A stretch of DNA of 64,000 bases from Lingula anatina (lineage: Eukaryota; Animalia; Brachiopoda), in assembly GCA_051362555.1 (NCBI GenBank), contig CM120640.1, positions 16,554,001-16,618,000 on the forward strand, given 5' to 3'. Below, piece after piece: positions 1 through 14,200 of the stretch. How positions within the stretch are numbered: the stretch's first letter is position 1; each line of letters opens with the position of its first letter. Position numbers and translations under genes: made by a program. A model generated the notes under the pieces. That model saw only the letters and a list, made by a program, of their open reading frames with translations, was not told where the DNA came from and ran no database searches.

Positions 1-178
1 TGATATGCAAGAACCACTTTCTAAATATATTTTGGGGTCATTCAAATGATGCATGTTTTGGCAACAATTTTCAAACAGGGAAAATGGACATTCTGATGGT
101 CTGAATAAAAGAATGTTTCCATTTTAGTATGAAGTCACAATTTATAAGTAAAACAAATTCATGTACTTTCTGTTGCAG

Positions 179-399
179 AAGACTTAGATATTCTAGAGAA
201 AGGAGAAGCAGGTCTTCCTCCTAGCAACAACAGTATTCAAGATGATCCAGAGCCAATGACACCTGAGTACAACATGGATGACCCACGTCTGCTGAAAGAC
301 CCAACTTTGTTGAAAGATTCTGGAGATTTCTTTGGAACTCTGAATGGATTAGATCATAATCTAGAACTGGATCCTTCTCTGTCAGAGCTAGCCTTACAG
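179..399 (+). CDS. FoxN1/4: Internal coding exon of a probable FoxN1/4 forkhead transcription factor (C-terminal acidic region)
   Basis: Flanked by ttgcag| and |gtagga. Translates (E)DLDILEKGEAGLPPSNNSIQDDPEPMTPEYNMDDPRLLKDPTLLKDSGDFFGTLNGLDHNLELDPSLSELALQ. The LDPSLSELALQ|NGIWDD junction resembles the FOXN1/FOXN4 activation-domain motif (..PSLTDFDFQGNLWE.., recalled from memory). The forkhead domain is not in the window. Confidence 0.7.
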
Positions 400-709
400 G
401 TAGGATTTGGGTTTTGAATTGTTGAATGAAATATTATTTTGAATTTTTAGGCTAAATGAATACTTGTACAATTAGGGGAAAAATAAAGTTAACTTAAAGT
501 AATCTTTTCTTTTAAACACTGAAAGAAACTATTGAGTTTACTGAAGCATAACATTAAGTAAATTGGCTGAGAAATTGAGCTAAATTTTGTCTGTATGTGT
601 ATGTCACATTCTGAAGGAGCTGAAAAAAAAAAAAGTAAAAATGAATACACTTGGTGGGCAATGCTGTCTTTGATGTTTATGAAATAACATTAAATCTGTT
701 TTCTTTCAG

Positions 710-863
710 AATGGCATCTGGGATGACTTTAACTCAGACGATCTGAACCTGGACATTCCAATCACCACATCTCCATTTAATATATCGGGATCTTCACTCC
801 TGAATTTTTCTTCCCCAATGAGCTCAGCATCACCTACTACTTTTCTAAACAGTCCCAAAGTAG
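710..863 (+). CDS. FoxN1/4: FoxN1/4-like penultimate coding exon
   Basis: Flanked by ttctttcag| and |gtatgt; phase 0 to 1. Translates NGIWDDFNSDDLNLDIPITTSPFNISGSSLLNFSSPMSSASPTTFLNSPKV, similar to FOXN1 GNLWEQLKDDSLALDPLVLVTSSP. Confidence 0.7.
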
Positions 864-1303
864 GTATGTTTCTGGCATGTTTTTTTTTTTTTTTTTTTTT
901 TTTTAATACAAACAACTTAAGCAAAATGTTAAATAACAGTAAAGTTTAATTTTTTTTTCACTTGGATGTATAAGAAACCCTTAATTTGTTATTAAGAGGC
1001 AGTAGCTTGTTTCAGTCAAATAATTTAAATTTTGTATGTTTTACGCTGAATAGTGACCTGAGATGATTTTGTGGGCATGTCTTAAGGGTTACATCAATAT
1101 ACCTTTTTAACACTCCTGTCGATGTTTATATATAGTGACCTTTATTCTTTACCTATTGTTACATCCAATTTACAAATCAATAAAATATGTGAAGTGATTG
1201 AAATAATCAACACCTATGCTTGTTTATCCCATTAAGCTATGGTAAAAGTATTCAAGATCACCCTGACGTTTTTAAATTTAAAGCTGACATTACCATCTTT
1301 CAG

Positions 1304-1431
1304 GTAGCGTAAAAGTGGAACCAATGGAAAGCGCCACTAATATACAAGGCAGTTATATAGTTGAAACCACTTTGTCAGGTAGTGTGAAAAGCCGGCCTAC
1401 AACTCCAAGAACCATAGGGACAAATACATGA
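1304..1431 (+). CDS. FoxN1/4: FoxN1/4-like terminal coding exon (stop TGA 1429-1431)
   Basis: ctttcag| acceptor, phase 1, in frame with the previous exon. Translates GSVKVEPMESATNIQGSYIVETTLSGSVKSRPTTPRTIGTNT*, including a VKVE SUMO-consensus motif. Followed by T-rich UTR-like sequence. Confidence 0.65.
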
Positions 1432-4400
1432 CAAACTTCTGCAGAACATTAGACTTTCAAATTGAAAATCTGACACACATTTTATCATCACAATGTTTAT
1501 ATGCAATACATACAAGGTGCATAAAAAGTGTATATTATACTGCCAATTATAATGTATGACAAATTGATTTTATAAAAGTAAGCAGATAGAAGTATGTCTT
1601 AAACTGTAGACAGTTTGACTAAAACTAAGGATTATTTAATTTAATCAAAGCTTTTGCGTCCTAATTATAAATGTGAAGGTTTTTAATCCAAAGTAAGGTT
1701 GTTCCTGTTGTAGATTTTCATCATATTTTGGTTAGTTGAATTGATTGATGATAAGCTAAGGGTTTTAAGGTAACCATAACAATTTGGCAGTCTTAATCAT
1801 AGACTAGTCTCCTTTGTGTCATCATCTTAATATTTGTTTATATCTTTTTCCCATGTAGGACATAATGCTGAAGTTTGAATTGTTTTATTTCAATGAGCCC
1901 TTTAAAAATTGTTACACTGGAGGTATACAATCATGGTATCATATTTTTTTCTTTTCTTTGTGTTAAAGGGCCCTGAGTGTAAGGATTTATGTAAAATTGG
2001 ACAAATAACTAACTTTTTTCCTTATCTTTTTGAAAGTGTGTTTTTGTTTTGTCATTAGTAAGATGTAAGGTTTTTGTAATTTGGATTTAACTTTGTCAAT
2101 GAATGATACTCTGTAAAAAATACACTTTGTTTCTCTCATATTTTCTCAAATTACAAGGTGGTATTTAATGTTTTTTTATATTTAGGGAGAGAAATCACGT
2201 TTTTTGGTGTTGTAAGTAGTGTATATAGCTGTACATAGGTAATTAACACTGGCACAGGTAGGCCTGCTACATATATGTATATAATATAAGAATGGAGTGA
2301 GAATGAGAAAGATCGGTTCATAATGATTCTATTATTGCTTTTTAGTTAACAGTATGAGGTGAATGTTTAGCCAGCTTTATTTCACTGGAACTGTCTTAGG
2401 AGAGAATTACCTGGCATTGCACTTTAATGCTAACCTTATTTTAACGACCACAGATCAAAAATTCTAAACCCTACAGCTATCACTATTTTTTAATGGAGTA
2501 TATAGAAGCGCTCCATTTATTTTGCTTTTCTAAAATGTGTCATCTGGTTTATGTGCATTATCCCAAAATAAGATGAGTGATTGACATAGATATAGATGAT
2601 CCCTGATTACTTCTAGGAGGCGAGTTCTAACTATGAAACAACACACAAAACACAACAAGTGGTCTCTAACTGTTACATTTTCTGTGTAGTCAAAATCAGG
2701 GCACCTTTGCATTGTTATCTATGGTGCATTTTTGATGCAAAGATCCACCTGGTATATTTTTGTCTTTGAAATTCAGTTGTGTATCAAATATAGTCTAGCT
2801 TTGTACACTGCAATGAAGTAACCAAAGGTGCCACAGGTGTTTTTTTCCCCTGGCAGTAAAACGGTGCTTCTTCTTGTCCTGTTTGCTGTAGAGTTAAGGT
2901 TTTAATATTGTGTTAATACATTGTTTTTTTACAAAATCAGATATGAAAAATAAAAAAGTGATCTACACTGCCAAGTATAATAACATCAAATGCTCAGGTG
3001 TGGACTTCCCAAAGGCAGCATTCTCACCATTAGTCCACAGTGTCAACAGTGGTGCAACAATAATCAATTATCTGTCATTTATATGGTGTCAAGAGAGCAT
3101 TTGTTTTAATTTTCTGTATTTGTGTCGCATTAAGAACAAAGGAAGTATGTACTATGTAACAAATGTCTAGTGTCACATGTACTGCACAAAGTATATCCAA
3201 GTCAAATGTTGGTGCACATAGACCAAGATTTTAGGATATTAGCTGCATTTTGGTTAAGCGTTGCCTGGAGGTGTAGTCCATATTTGGTCTAAATTAGTCT
3301 AGTTGAAGACATGGATGAACCACTTGCCCATAATGCAATTTTAAGTTCACCTGGGCATATTTTATCAAGTATTAAGTCTTTTTAGATGAGATTGAGCAAA
3401 AATATCATACTTGCATTAAGATGTCCAATGTTTTAATACATTTTATGGTGCCACTTGGTGCATATCAAAGCAATGTATTTCTGGTTGCATTTTTATGCTT
3501 GCCTGCCAGGTTTTAAAATATGCATGATCAGTTTCACAATGCCACGTTGAGCCTGTAAGAACAGCTGAAGGATCTATGCAAGCTGAAGTGCATTTATTGT
3601 TAAAGTTATTGCTTTTAAAACATTTTGACACATTTACAATTTTTGTCACTCATTCCATCTACATTTACTGTATAACACATAAATAGGTAGATCATAATCT
3701 GTGCAGCTTTGTATTAGCTACTGTAAGACCTTTTACAGTCTAATTTTTATGATTGTTTGCACTGTAAGTGATGTGTGGTAACAAAATTGGTGCATTGCTT
3801 TTACCCTGTATTTTATTTGTGTCTGAAGGTAGTTGACAATCATTTTGGTCAAAATAATGTAAAAATGCCAAAATGAGTAAATTTGTGACCTATGGCTCGC
3901 ATATTAAAACTGAATACTACAGAAAATGGCTGGTTGTGTAGTGTTTACTGGCATCCAAAAGCCCATTGAGTAGGCACAGAACCAATTTGAGTTGAAATTG
4001 AAGAGATAACTCTAGAACCAGATTAAATGCTAAGAATTGAAATGCTTGATTTTTAGATTTTTTAAAGGCAAAACTGAATACTACTGAGAAACCACTGTGT
4101 GATAGTGTGTTAGAAATATAGAAATAGTCAATGTAACATGTACTGGCATTAATTTTATTTTCTCCTAGAAAATGCAGATGGATATACCGTTATTAAAAAC
4201 TGAGAAGACATGGTATATGACCCCTTTCTTAAGGATATTTTATTTTAAGAAAGAGCTTGAATGTTAAGTGTCTCTGATTAATTAATCATTGTCACAAATG
4301 CACAGATCATGTAATAATTATAGACAAACTGGCATTTTGAAATATTATCAATAAACACATGACCTTAATGGGAGTGTTGTTTTGTGCTATGCAAGGTGTC

Positions 4401-4857
4401 ACACAGTTAAAAATTCATTCACTTTTAATGTACACTTCAACTAATGCATTATCCAATTTTTTACCTGACTAGTGAAAAACAACATCATTCCAACAAAATC
4501 TTTATTAACAGCTACATGAAAACAGGCTAAAACAATCCTACATACAATAGTGTGATTTTTACCTAATAATACTGTGAACAGCGGTAAATCCATTCTTGGG
4601 ACAACCTTTCTGGAAAATCTACAGAAAATATATTACAGTACACACAGTACAGAAACACGACTTCCGAACATTTTGATTGAGCCTTCTGCACTGGAAAGAA
4701 GGGTCTGAATCATTCCAGATTCCACATCCACTCCTTTACGCCCTCAGTTGTCAGAGAATTTTTGGGTCCATCTTGTCTCAAGAAAAATGTGTGTTTTCAA
4801 CAAATCAGAAGAGGATGACACATCTTGCATGTTGCAGACAATTTGATCCCATGTAAG

Positions 4858-5060
4858 GGAGCATTCCCACAAATCCATCATACTAGCTGAGTTGATCTAA
4901 CTCTGCCGGGATTCTCGGCAACTTGCTTTCAGTGTAAGTGGCTTAAATGTCTGGCATGCCTAGTCAAGCTGCTAGAGGGGTAATTGACGATAGTGAATAA
5001 CCCTCTTGTTACTCAAAAAGTAAACTTGATCCAGCTAGTGAGATGGGTTTATGGGAACAC
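4858..5060. mobile_element. Degenerate copy of palindromic MITE family A
   Basis: cattcccac...tatgggaac termini. Internal gcttaaatgtctggcatgcctag..gctgctag matches the 56.1 kb copy. Confidence 0.55.
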
Positions 5061-8000
5061 AGTCTAAGAGGCCAGAATATTATATAAGGTATAGGCAAAA
5101 TTGTAGGTTTCATTATTATATATAAATTGCTGTTAACTTCTGTGATAGAGAATGGGAATCATCAGAGATAGCCAAACATTTTGCCATTTAACATAAAATC
5201 AAGCAATATTGTTCACAATTTGGAGGGGTTTGGGGTCAGAAATAATGGTAGGCTAATGAATGAGGTGCATCACGAAATAAAAGCTGACTGAATTTATTCA
5301 TGGATATTTTTCTGGAAGTTTTCTTACATTCTGTCCAATTACAATCTATTGCACAAGTTTTAGTGTCACTTTTGTAATGCTTTCTAAGAAGGCATTTCTG
5401 ATGCATAGAGTTTCGACCTTGTTGCCCAAAAGTTAACCAAAAATCGAGTGGATTTTGCATACATTTTCTAGTAGCATGTGGTGTCATGCGGAACCAAAAA
5501 CCTTGCCTAAGGTTATCTTGGATGATTCCCATTGATGAATTCTCCATTACCAACATCACTCCTCAATGGATCATTCCAGTTTACTGCTGGGTCAAATATC
5601 CTCAACTTTTATTGGGATATTACAAGATGACAGAGTTAAGAAAAGATGTTTTTGAGAGGGAAGATCTTTTGCTGGTGTGGAATGGCCCAATTGAAGAAAA
5701 GTAACATAGGCATATGTAGAACTAAACTAGCATAGTCACATATGGTTCTGAATCTTACAGAGGTTTCAAAGGCCACTGGAAACTTGCCTTTATATGTTCA
5801 GCATGCCTCTTCAGTTTCCAGTAATTGAATGAAGATAATACAGAGGTGATTTTCCAGTGACCTCAGAAACTCAGGGTATACAAGGTGTGCTACAGCCAAA
5901 GGTGTCTCGATAATCCATAGGTTTACTAGTCCCTAGGTTCATTGGTCGAAAAATCGTTTGTACTCACCTCTTGATGAACTTTACTTTATTGCCAGTAAAC
6001 ACTTCATTCATGCATTTTGATTAAAATTTGGACTAATGAACCTTGGAACTATAACTATGGCCCCCTACAGCCAACAAAACATCCTAATTCCTCAAGTTTT
6101 CTGTACAATTTTTTGCAGGTAAAGCCACTTGTGTTCCAATTATTTCTTGGTTACTTATAACATATTTTTTAGAACATAACAGAAACTATACTTTTGGACC
6201 AGCCAAAAATAAATGAAAATTATTGCAGTTAGAGATTAAATGTTGAAATATCTAGTTGAAAGAAGATCCAAATGCTCTTCAAAATAACAAGCACTATTTT
6301 GTTACATTTCAAGTTTAACTCTTCTGAAAATCTTTTATATCAAACAATGCAGAAGTGGTCAAAACCATTGTGCAACAAATTATATTGGTATGGTTTGAGG
6401 GAACACATCAATAATCCAGCTTCAAAATCATATTAATACATGTTCTGCAGAAGTAAATATGTTTAATAAATTTGATATAATTTCATACTTGGCCAACTGC
6501 CATAAACTGTCCAAAGCTTATTCAAAAACCTCCTAAAATTACAGTTTACTTCAAAGATGCACAGACAAAAACCTTTCTTATCTTACAAATCTATTTAAAA
6601 ACAATATCAACAGTTTTTTTTTTACAAAATTTGATAACACATATTGCACACAAAGCTTCCATATCTATGCTCAGCTTTCATAAACCTGATAACTCGTATA
6701 CTTTTGTGAGTGTCTTTCTCAAATATTTTCATGTAAAATTGTTCAAGAAAACTGATATATACTTATACTGGCACTTCAAACTAAGTGATCAATAAAATAT
6801 TTCTGGGTTACATAGTAAATAAGTATCACATTTTTGTTAAGTAACAATGTGTTCATGTTATGGGAGAAAAGAGGTTTTTTTTTTACTGGAAAACAAAACT
6901 AATTGGTTAAATGACAATGTTACAATAATGCAAAATTAAATGTATAGTAGGTAAGTGTATAAATGAGAGATATTCTCAAACAGATTTGACTCTCCATTAA
7001 GTACAATAAATATATGGGATGCAATATAACTATATACACTATTCTCTTTGATATACATCTTTTTTTAAAATAAATATATATATAAACTTACATTAACTCT
7101 TTTGTTTATCAACACTCTCAAGGAAAGTAAATGTAATATATCTTGTGTCCTGACTGTGTTGAACCATATTAGCTGTCACCATTTTGGTTTCAAAATTGTG
7201 TTGACTTATATATCTGTTTTACTAAAATCAATTCACATGGGAATTAATTTGTAACCTGATTGAATACAAGAGTGCAAACATTTTCTAAAACTGTAAAATC
7301 ATCATGAAAACAATCAGACAACAACAGGATGGGTAAACACAACAGTGAGGTATGATCATTTCAGTGATTTCCAATAATTCAAAACATCACAAGGATTCTT
7401 CGCTTACCAAATTTCACCCTGAACACACAATCAGCTGATCATAAAAATATTTTTTGATCAATTATGTATAAACTAAGTTCTAAATGGTACTGAAATACTT
7501 AATCTATGGTATCTTATTTACAAACAAGAGCATTATATACAAGGCAGTATTACTGTGATGGTTTAAAATATATGTAGGAGCACAAATAAATAATCAAGAG
7601 CAAATTAAGTCTTGAGAAAAAGCACACTTGTTACAAAAAGTGGGTGTGCAAACAAAACAAAATGCAAAGGGTAAGTTGAATATATATCCAAAAAACTCTA
7701 CCCATCAGCAATTAAAAAATTACCTTGAAATTATATGGGTAAATTCAAACAAATAATATGAATTTTCCCCTGTCCTGTAACACATTCCAACATAGCTTTA
7801 CCGTAAGTGCAGGTTAAGCAAATACCAACTCACTTTTGGACACAAACAATATCTGTTATCAAAATATCTATCAAATGACTGCATTCCCAGTTAACCCTCA
7901 ATTTTCTGTGTGACATTTCTTTCCTACACATAAGCAACATGATGTGTAACAATAATTCATGTCTGCTTCACAATATTTCACAATATTAAAGGAAAATTTT

Positions 8001-8221
8001 TTATTCAGGGTTGTGACACTTTTCGTTCTGTGAATGACTGCTAGGCTGCAGTGTCTCAAGCGTGTCTGCTTCTAACATTGCCTGGTGCAGATAAAAACCA
8101 GAATGGTGATGTGAACCCTCTTGGCAGCAATCAAGTGCAACACTGTGTTAGGTGAGACAAGCCATGATTGTGCTTTGGTGTTCAACTGAAAATAACCACA
8201 AGCAAGCAAATAGGCTCCCCT

Positions 8222-8320
8222 TCAAACTTCTGACAGGTATTTGAGGGGACATGGCATCTGTTTGTCTCCAGAACGAACTGGCACCATGCCGTCCTTTATT
8301 GAGCCTGCCTGTACAACAAT
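8222..8320 (-). CDS. Stac: STAC-like last exon, second SH3 domain and stop
   Basis: tttcag| acceptor, phase 0. IVVQAGSIKDGMVPVRSGDKQMPCPLKYLSEV*. Confidence 0.9.
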   Translation of the reverse strand: MVVQAGSIKDGMVPVRSGDKQMPCPLKYLSEV

Positions 8321-11171
8321 CTGAAATAGTGAAATGTTCAAATGATGCACTACAGTTTTATGAGCAGAAAAGGTAGATAAGCTACTTTAAAAATTGAAGC
8401 ACTTACAAGTTCCTTTTTAGGCCTTATTTAAAGATGCATTAAAACCAGGAAAAGGTGTCATATAGTTGACTCCCCCTTCAAATATTTCTGGATCTGCCCC
8501 TGTTTAATGCATCTTTAAAACACATAAAGTGCTTTCACCTAATATATTTAATGTTTTTCCATAAAATATCTGTTTAAAAATAAAACTTAAGATCTTATAA
8601 ACCACATGTATGTGTAAAAAAAAAACAAACCCATCACACATCGCATTTTCAATATCACGATGACGCTTAGTCATTGCTCTGATGTTAAAATGACATCAAA
8701 ACAACATCGGATGCTGTGTGCCTGTAAGGAAGCATATTAAATATGATATAACTCTTACTTGGTCTTTTAAAAGCTTAAAATCTTTTCCTTCCTCACTGAG
8801 TTGCAGTCCCTGTTTAACAATGTATGCCTTCTGATCTGGTTCCACAGCAGTGACATATTTGGCAGGGAAGTATCCTACTTTTCCATTGCACCTTCCTTTC
8901 CACCAGTTATTATCAGAGGTTTCTATTGCTTTGATTCTCCACCCAGCCCTGTAATGTAGATAGATTTCCTTTTACGTTTTTCCAGCTTAAATAAGTTGAA
9001 TAAAACAATAATAATAAGGCAATCTTACACTTCCGTTTCAGAATGCTATAACTGAGTATCTAATTGCATAGGCAACAAATATTAGACACATTATTAATTC
9101 AAGGTTTGTGGCAATTACTGTTTATTCACTTTTTGCTAAGATTTTGTGTACTTACTTGATTTCCAAATCTCCCCTTTCACTTCCCCTCCAATTATACAGA
9201 GATAGATACAGTTTTGACTTCCTTCTGCTTTGAGGCTGGTTAAAATTAAAAATTATTTTTTGAAAAAAATTAACAATCAATTTGTACATAACTGATTTAT
9301 AACAAAAGAAAAAGCAGTTACCCCATTGTGTTACATTCTTTGACAGATTTAATGCCTAGAACTGATTGCTAAGAGTATACCACATTGTATATGGATGATA
9401 GTTTTTATAATAAAAAATAATGACCTGTTGACAGTTGAAACTTGGACATTAACTGAAACTTAACAATAGAAATAGCAGCAGTACTCCTGTCAATAGCTTG
9501 TGAGATCAACTGATATCTTACCTAATATTCCATCTGCTTACCGTCATACTTCTTTCTGTGGTGTTTTCACAACTATCACAGCATATTTTTTAAGTTATTG
9601 ACAAAAGGACTTTATTTCTATTAAAATTACATAAATATACATACAGTCTACAATGTCTTACTTACAGGTGATGGGTGTGGTGAGGGAGAGTGGCTGCTTT
9701 GTGATACGCTAATATAACCAGGGTCGTCCAACGAGTTGGTACGATCTGTGAATTTTTTTCGCTCATGGTAAGGACTCAGAGCTGAAAGGTGAATTCACAT
9801 ATCTGTTTGTTTCACATAATTCATTTCAAATTGTCCATAAAACATCCATAAAATATCCATTGCTTACATATTGATGAATCGGCATGCATGGGCAACAACA
9901 ATGAGACTCACAGTTTCAGATAATGGCAGTTTGAAAACATACATGTATATATGCAATTTCTAAATATTGTAAGAATAATTTTTCCAAGGGTCAAAACATT
10001 CAAGAAAAAAAATATCTTTAACCAATGACCAATTAAACAGTATATCAGCCACAGTTAAAGATTAATAAGGAGACAACGAAATAGAAAAATCCCACAATTT
10101 TAATGCGGACACATTATGCCACAGAAAATTAATATAATGGGCACATACATGTACATGATAAGTAAATAATCATAATAGTATGAGACCAAACAAACATGTT
10201 TATAACAATATTACAGGCAAGTGACAGAAAAAGAAAGTGAAGTTAGTCAGGACATCTAGAGTATAAACATGACACAGAATAAGAAATATGTGACTGAAAG
10301 TTGACGGTGCAGCAGAAACACTTCATCCACAGTGCTAACATGTACATCACCCTTCAATGAAAAACAACAATTATCAGTAGAAGTGAAAAAGAGATTAGTA
10401 AACGGACAGAGATACATACACTGTAGTTTGAATCAATGCAATCTCACAGTAGGAATGAGCTCCCATAATCATTACGCTGTTTTTTTTCTTGTTCGTTAAT
10501 AAAAAATAGGTACATATTCTGGTTAAATTTACAAATAATCAACTTTGAAAAGCAGTTATTGTTTTAACATACAAAGAAGAAACATTTTTCAAAATCAAGC
10601 TATCAAAAATGTAAAGAAATTTGGTTTAGAATAGTTCTCATAGTTCTTAAAAAGTGCAAGGCAGCAAATTTTTTCATATATATAGTAATCTGCTATCTTA
10701 GAGTTTAGGTTTGCTGGTAATTGCATTATTTGCTGGTAATTTTTTTAGTTCCACCCCTCCCCCCCAAACAACACTGGTGACTTTGAAAAGTCTAACAAAG
10801 GCATATACTGTGAGAATTGCTATCCACCCAAGTCATAAGTTAGACATAGTAAACAAACAGAACAAAGAATTGAAAAGACACATAAGTGATCCACAGAAGG
10901 GATCTTGGCACTTTGATTAAATAATGTGTTGTTAGTTAAATATCTGAAACAGATATAGAAAATATGCTTACATTCTTGACATGAGGTAAAAAAGTTCACT
11001 TGAAACAACAAAACCATTAACTTAATTTTCAAATAAATGAATTGGCTAGTCTCTTATTCTATGTGTTAAAAAGATATCTATTTAGCATAAAGTATTTATT
11101 TCTCAACACAACTTGAAGAGCAGTGACATCATTGTTGTATCACGATTTGTCTCAAAAAAACCAAGAGAAAA

Positions 11172-11206
<35 letters not shown>

Positions 11207-14200
11207 ACTATTCAAGAATATAAGCATTTTATGATACATTATATGACAGTAATTTGTGCAGACAGTTAGGAACATGGGCTTATCATAGAACATACTGTTG
11301 GATCTTTTACTGATTTCAGGATCAGACATAACATGGGCTGCATCAGGTACATCAATTGAAAAACTTTTCATTCTCTCATTCAGCCTGGGAATGCGCCTGC
11401 GACTGCCATTAGCACCCAACAGCGGTCCTGGTGCTAGAACAGAAACAGAGAAATTCTATGTGGCACCAAGAATGCATAAGACAATTTGCATCAGTATATT
11501 ATTCCATGCACATTACTTTCTCACATCCCTGATTTATATATTATACATACATAAGACAGAGATTAATAATAGAGCAGATATAGTATACTGATGCATGTGT
11601 TTTAGAGAACATATACGTACACTGTATGTACCAGTATACATATACATGTATGTTCTCTAAAACACATATGTAACAGTATACTATATCTGTGCTTTAGAGG
11701 GTTACAACTGTATTACAGGGTGTTTTAAAAGGCTATCATGTATATATCATTTCAATCATTTTATGAAAATATTTATATTAGCATTCCAGACAGAAAGAGG
11801 AACACATTAGTCAGCACGTCCACTGTTACACTTAGATGACACAGAAGAATATGCTGTCAATGATGCAATAATAAGACGACGAACATCCATTAAACTTAAC
11901 ATTTTTCAAAACCTGAAAAAAGTGGATAGGTCTAAAGGCTGTGACTTTAAGTCTAATTGAGATTATATATGTTTACATATATAAAAAACATCACAATAAA
12001 TTAGAAAAAAATACACTGTCAGTGCTGTATACAAATTGATAAAAACACCAACTAGAGCTGCCATATTTTGAAATACAAAAGAAATATAAACATGAAATAA
12101 ATTGTTTACTTATATTCCATGAGTATTTATGAATACTCATATTTGCAGACATATATCTAGCTGTACTAATTATGACCTTTCAACACAGAATAGACAAAAA
12201 TATACAATGTCATGCTATTTATTGCTCTAGACTACAGCAAGCTACAGAATTTGATATTTACAGTCATGGTATGCAGACATCTGTGACATCCAACACTTTG
12301 GATATAAATATATCCTTAAGCTTGATAAGAACATATACCTATGATGAGTGAACATGTACATGTATACATACACATGTATATCAATATGTGTCTGACTGCA
12401 TGCATGTGGGAACAAGTGCAAGTACGATCTGAGGAGCATGCACATGTCATTGTGTGCTCACCAGGTATTTCTGAAACTCCACACGGTTTCACAGATGCAT
12501 CTTGTCTTGTAATTGCTTGGGGAGAAAAATAATGCATGAAAATATCGAGACTAATAACTGCATAGTATACCTCATGGGATATAATTAAAATTTTTATCTA
12601 GACTTATAATTTTAGCAGTAATAAATTAGGAATGATATTTATAGTATAACATAGAAGGAAATCTATTATCATGTTAAAATGAATATTATATACTTGGATT
12701 GAGGATTTTTTTAAATGAAGGGAAAATGGTGAACAGAGATAAATAGATACAGTCTGTACCAAGGCAAAGTTTTCAAGAGAATGGGACAAATAACAATTTG
12801 ACCTTACAATTACATTTAGTTTGAGACATCAGGGTTATGAGACAGACAAATATCAAACAGCAACAACAAAATTACAAACTGTGATATCAGTATATGGTTA
12901 GAGAGCTTAGAGTAACAGTCAGATTCACTGTATATAGGGTGCTTCCATATATTTTCAGCCAATATAGGAAGAATACCTTTTATTTTTCAAATTAAATGTT
13001 AAATTAAAATTTAAATATTACATCAAAAAGTAACCACAAAGTTTTTTAATCCATCCTTAAACTTGCCATGTACTAGATTAGATATTCAATCATCTATTCA
13101 CTGGTATCTCTGCTACTAACTATTCAATGATGATTAAAGGGATAATAACTCTTCGTATGAGATCTATATTTCACAATAAAAACATTGTGAATAACTCATA
13201 GAAATATAATATATTCTGTTTTACCACAAAAACGGCAGTTATAACTATTATTCTGATATCTGAGCTTTTCTTTAGACCACGTGACTTCCATTGATGGCTA
13301 TACACTGCTAAAATCACTTAAGAGATTTTAACAAAAAACCAAACTATTTACTTTGAATGTAAAAATGGATTCATTAACCATTGGTAAGTATGGGAAAATT
13401 GTTGTTTACTCCAGGAAAATTCATTTTTTGGCCGAAACGAAGAGTTATTATCACTTTAATGCAAATATACAAAACAGCAGAGAAATGATTTTGCTCAGTA
13501 ACTTTAAGCTTCCATTTACATGTATGCTAGTAGTTTAAGTTACATGTAAGGCTATTAATTAATGCTGTTTGTAAATAATGTATATTCCAGATTGCTTTCT
13601 ACAAACTGTAAGTTAAACAAATGGGGTATTTTATCAAAGGGTGTATTCCCAGAGATTTAGATTGATCCAGAGATTTAGATTTAGATCGACCTAACTCCCT
13701 GGGGGTTCACGCTAAATTGCAGTCAGCCGAGCGCGCGCCATAGTTAATTACTCCCTTACAGCTTTCAGTAGGCGGGACAGACGCTTAAGCTGGCTAAACT
13801 GACAGTAATCTAGTGAGACTCCCCACAGGGATAGATCGATCTAAAATCTATGGAAATGGGGTCAAAATGTCCCTTTGTACTTGCAGGCATTTTAGGGAAA
13901 CACTTTCAATCCATAAGAAAATGTGGTTCAATTTAATTAATTTCAATGCTCATAACACCCAATTGAGTACTTACTTCAGCACACAGTCAGACTAAATGAT
14001 TCTTTCTCATATTGTCATAAACAAGTATATGTATACATGCATTCACAGAAATATAGATATGATTACTAATTTTGAATCAAGCCCTATGATTCTAGCTTAG
14101 ATGTGCCATGTATTTATAAAGATAGATCTAAATGGTATGTATGGAATTTTGGCTGTCTACCAAATATACATTAGGTATTAGCAATCAACTTTGCCCTAGC

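Noticed and set aside
5236-5704. Overlapping ORFs as a LINE or gene fragment
   Set aside because: No convincing reverse-transcriptase or other motifs; lies in the inter-gene/UTR region.
179-8320. FoxN-STAC linkage as ancient microsynteny (human FOXN1/STAC2 on chr17, FOXN4/STAC3 on chr12)
   Set aside because: The human genes are megabases apart and probably belong to different paralogous blocks. It cannot be supported from this window.
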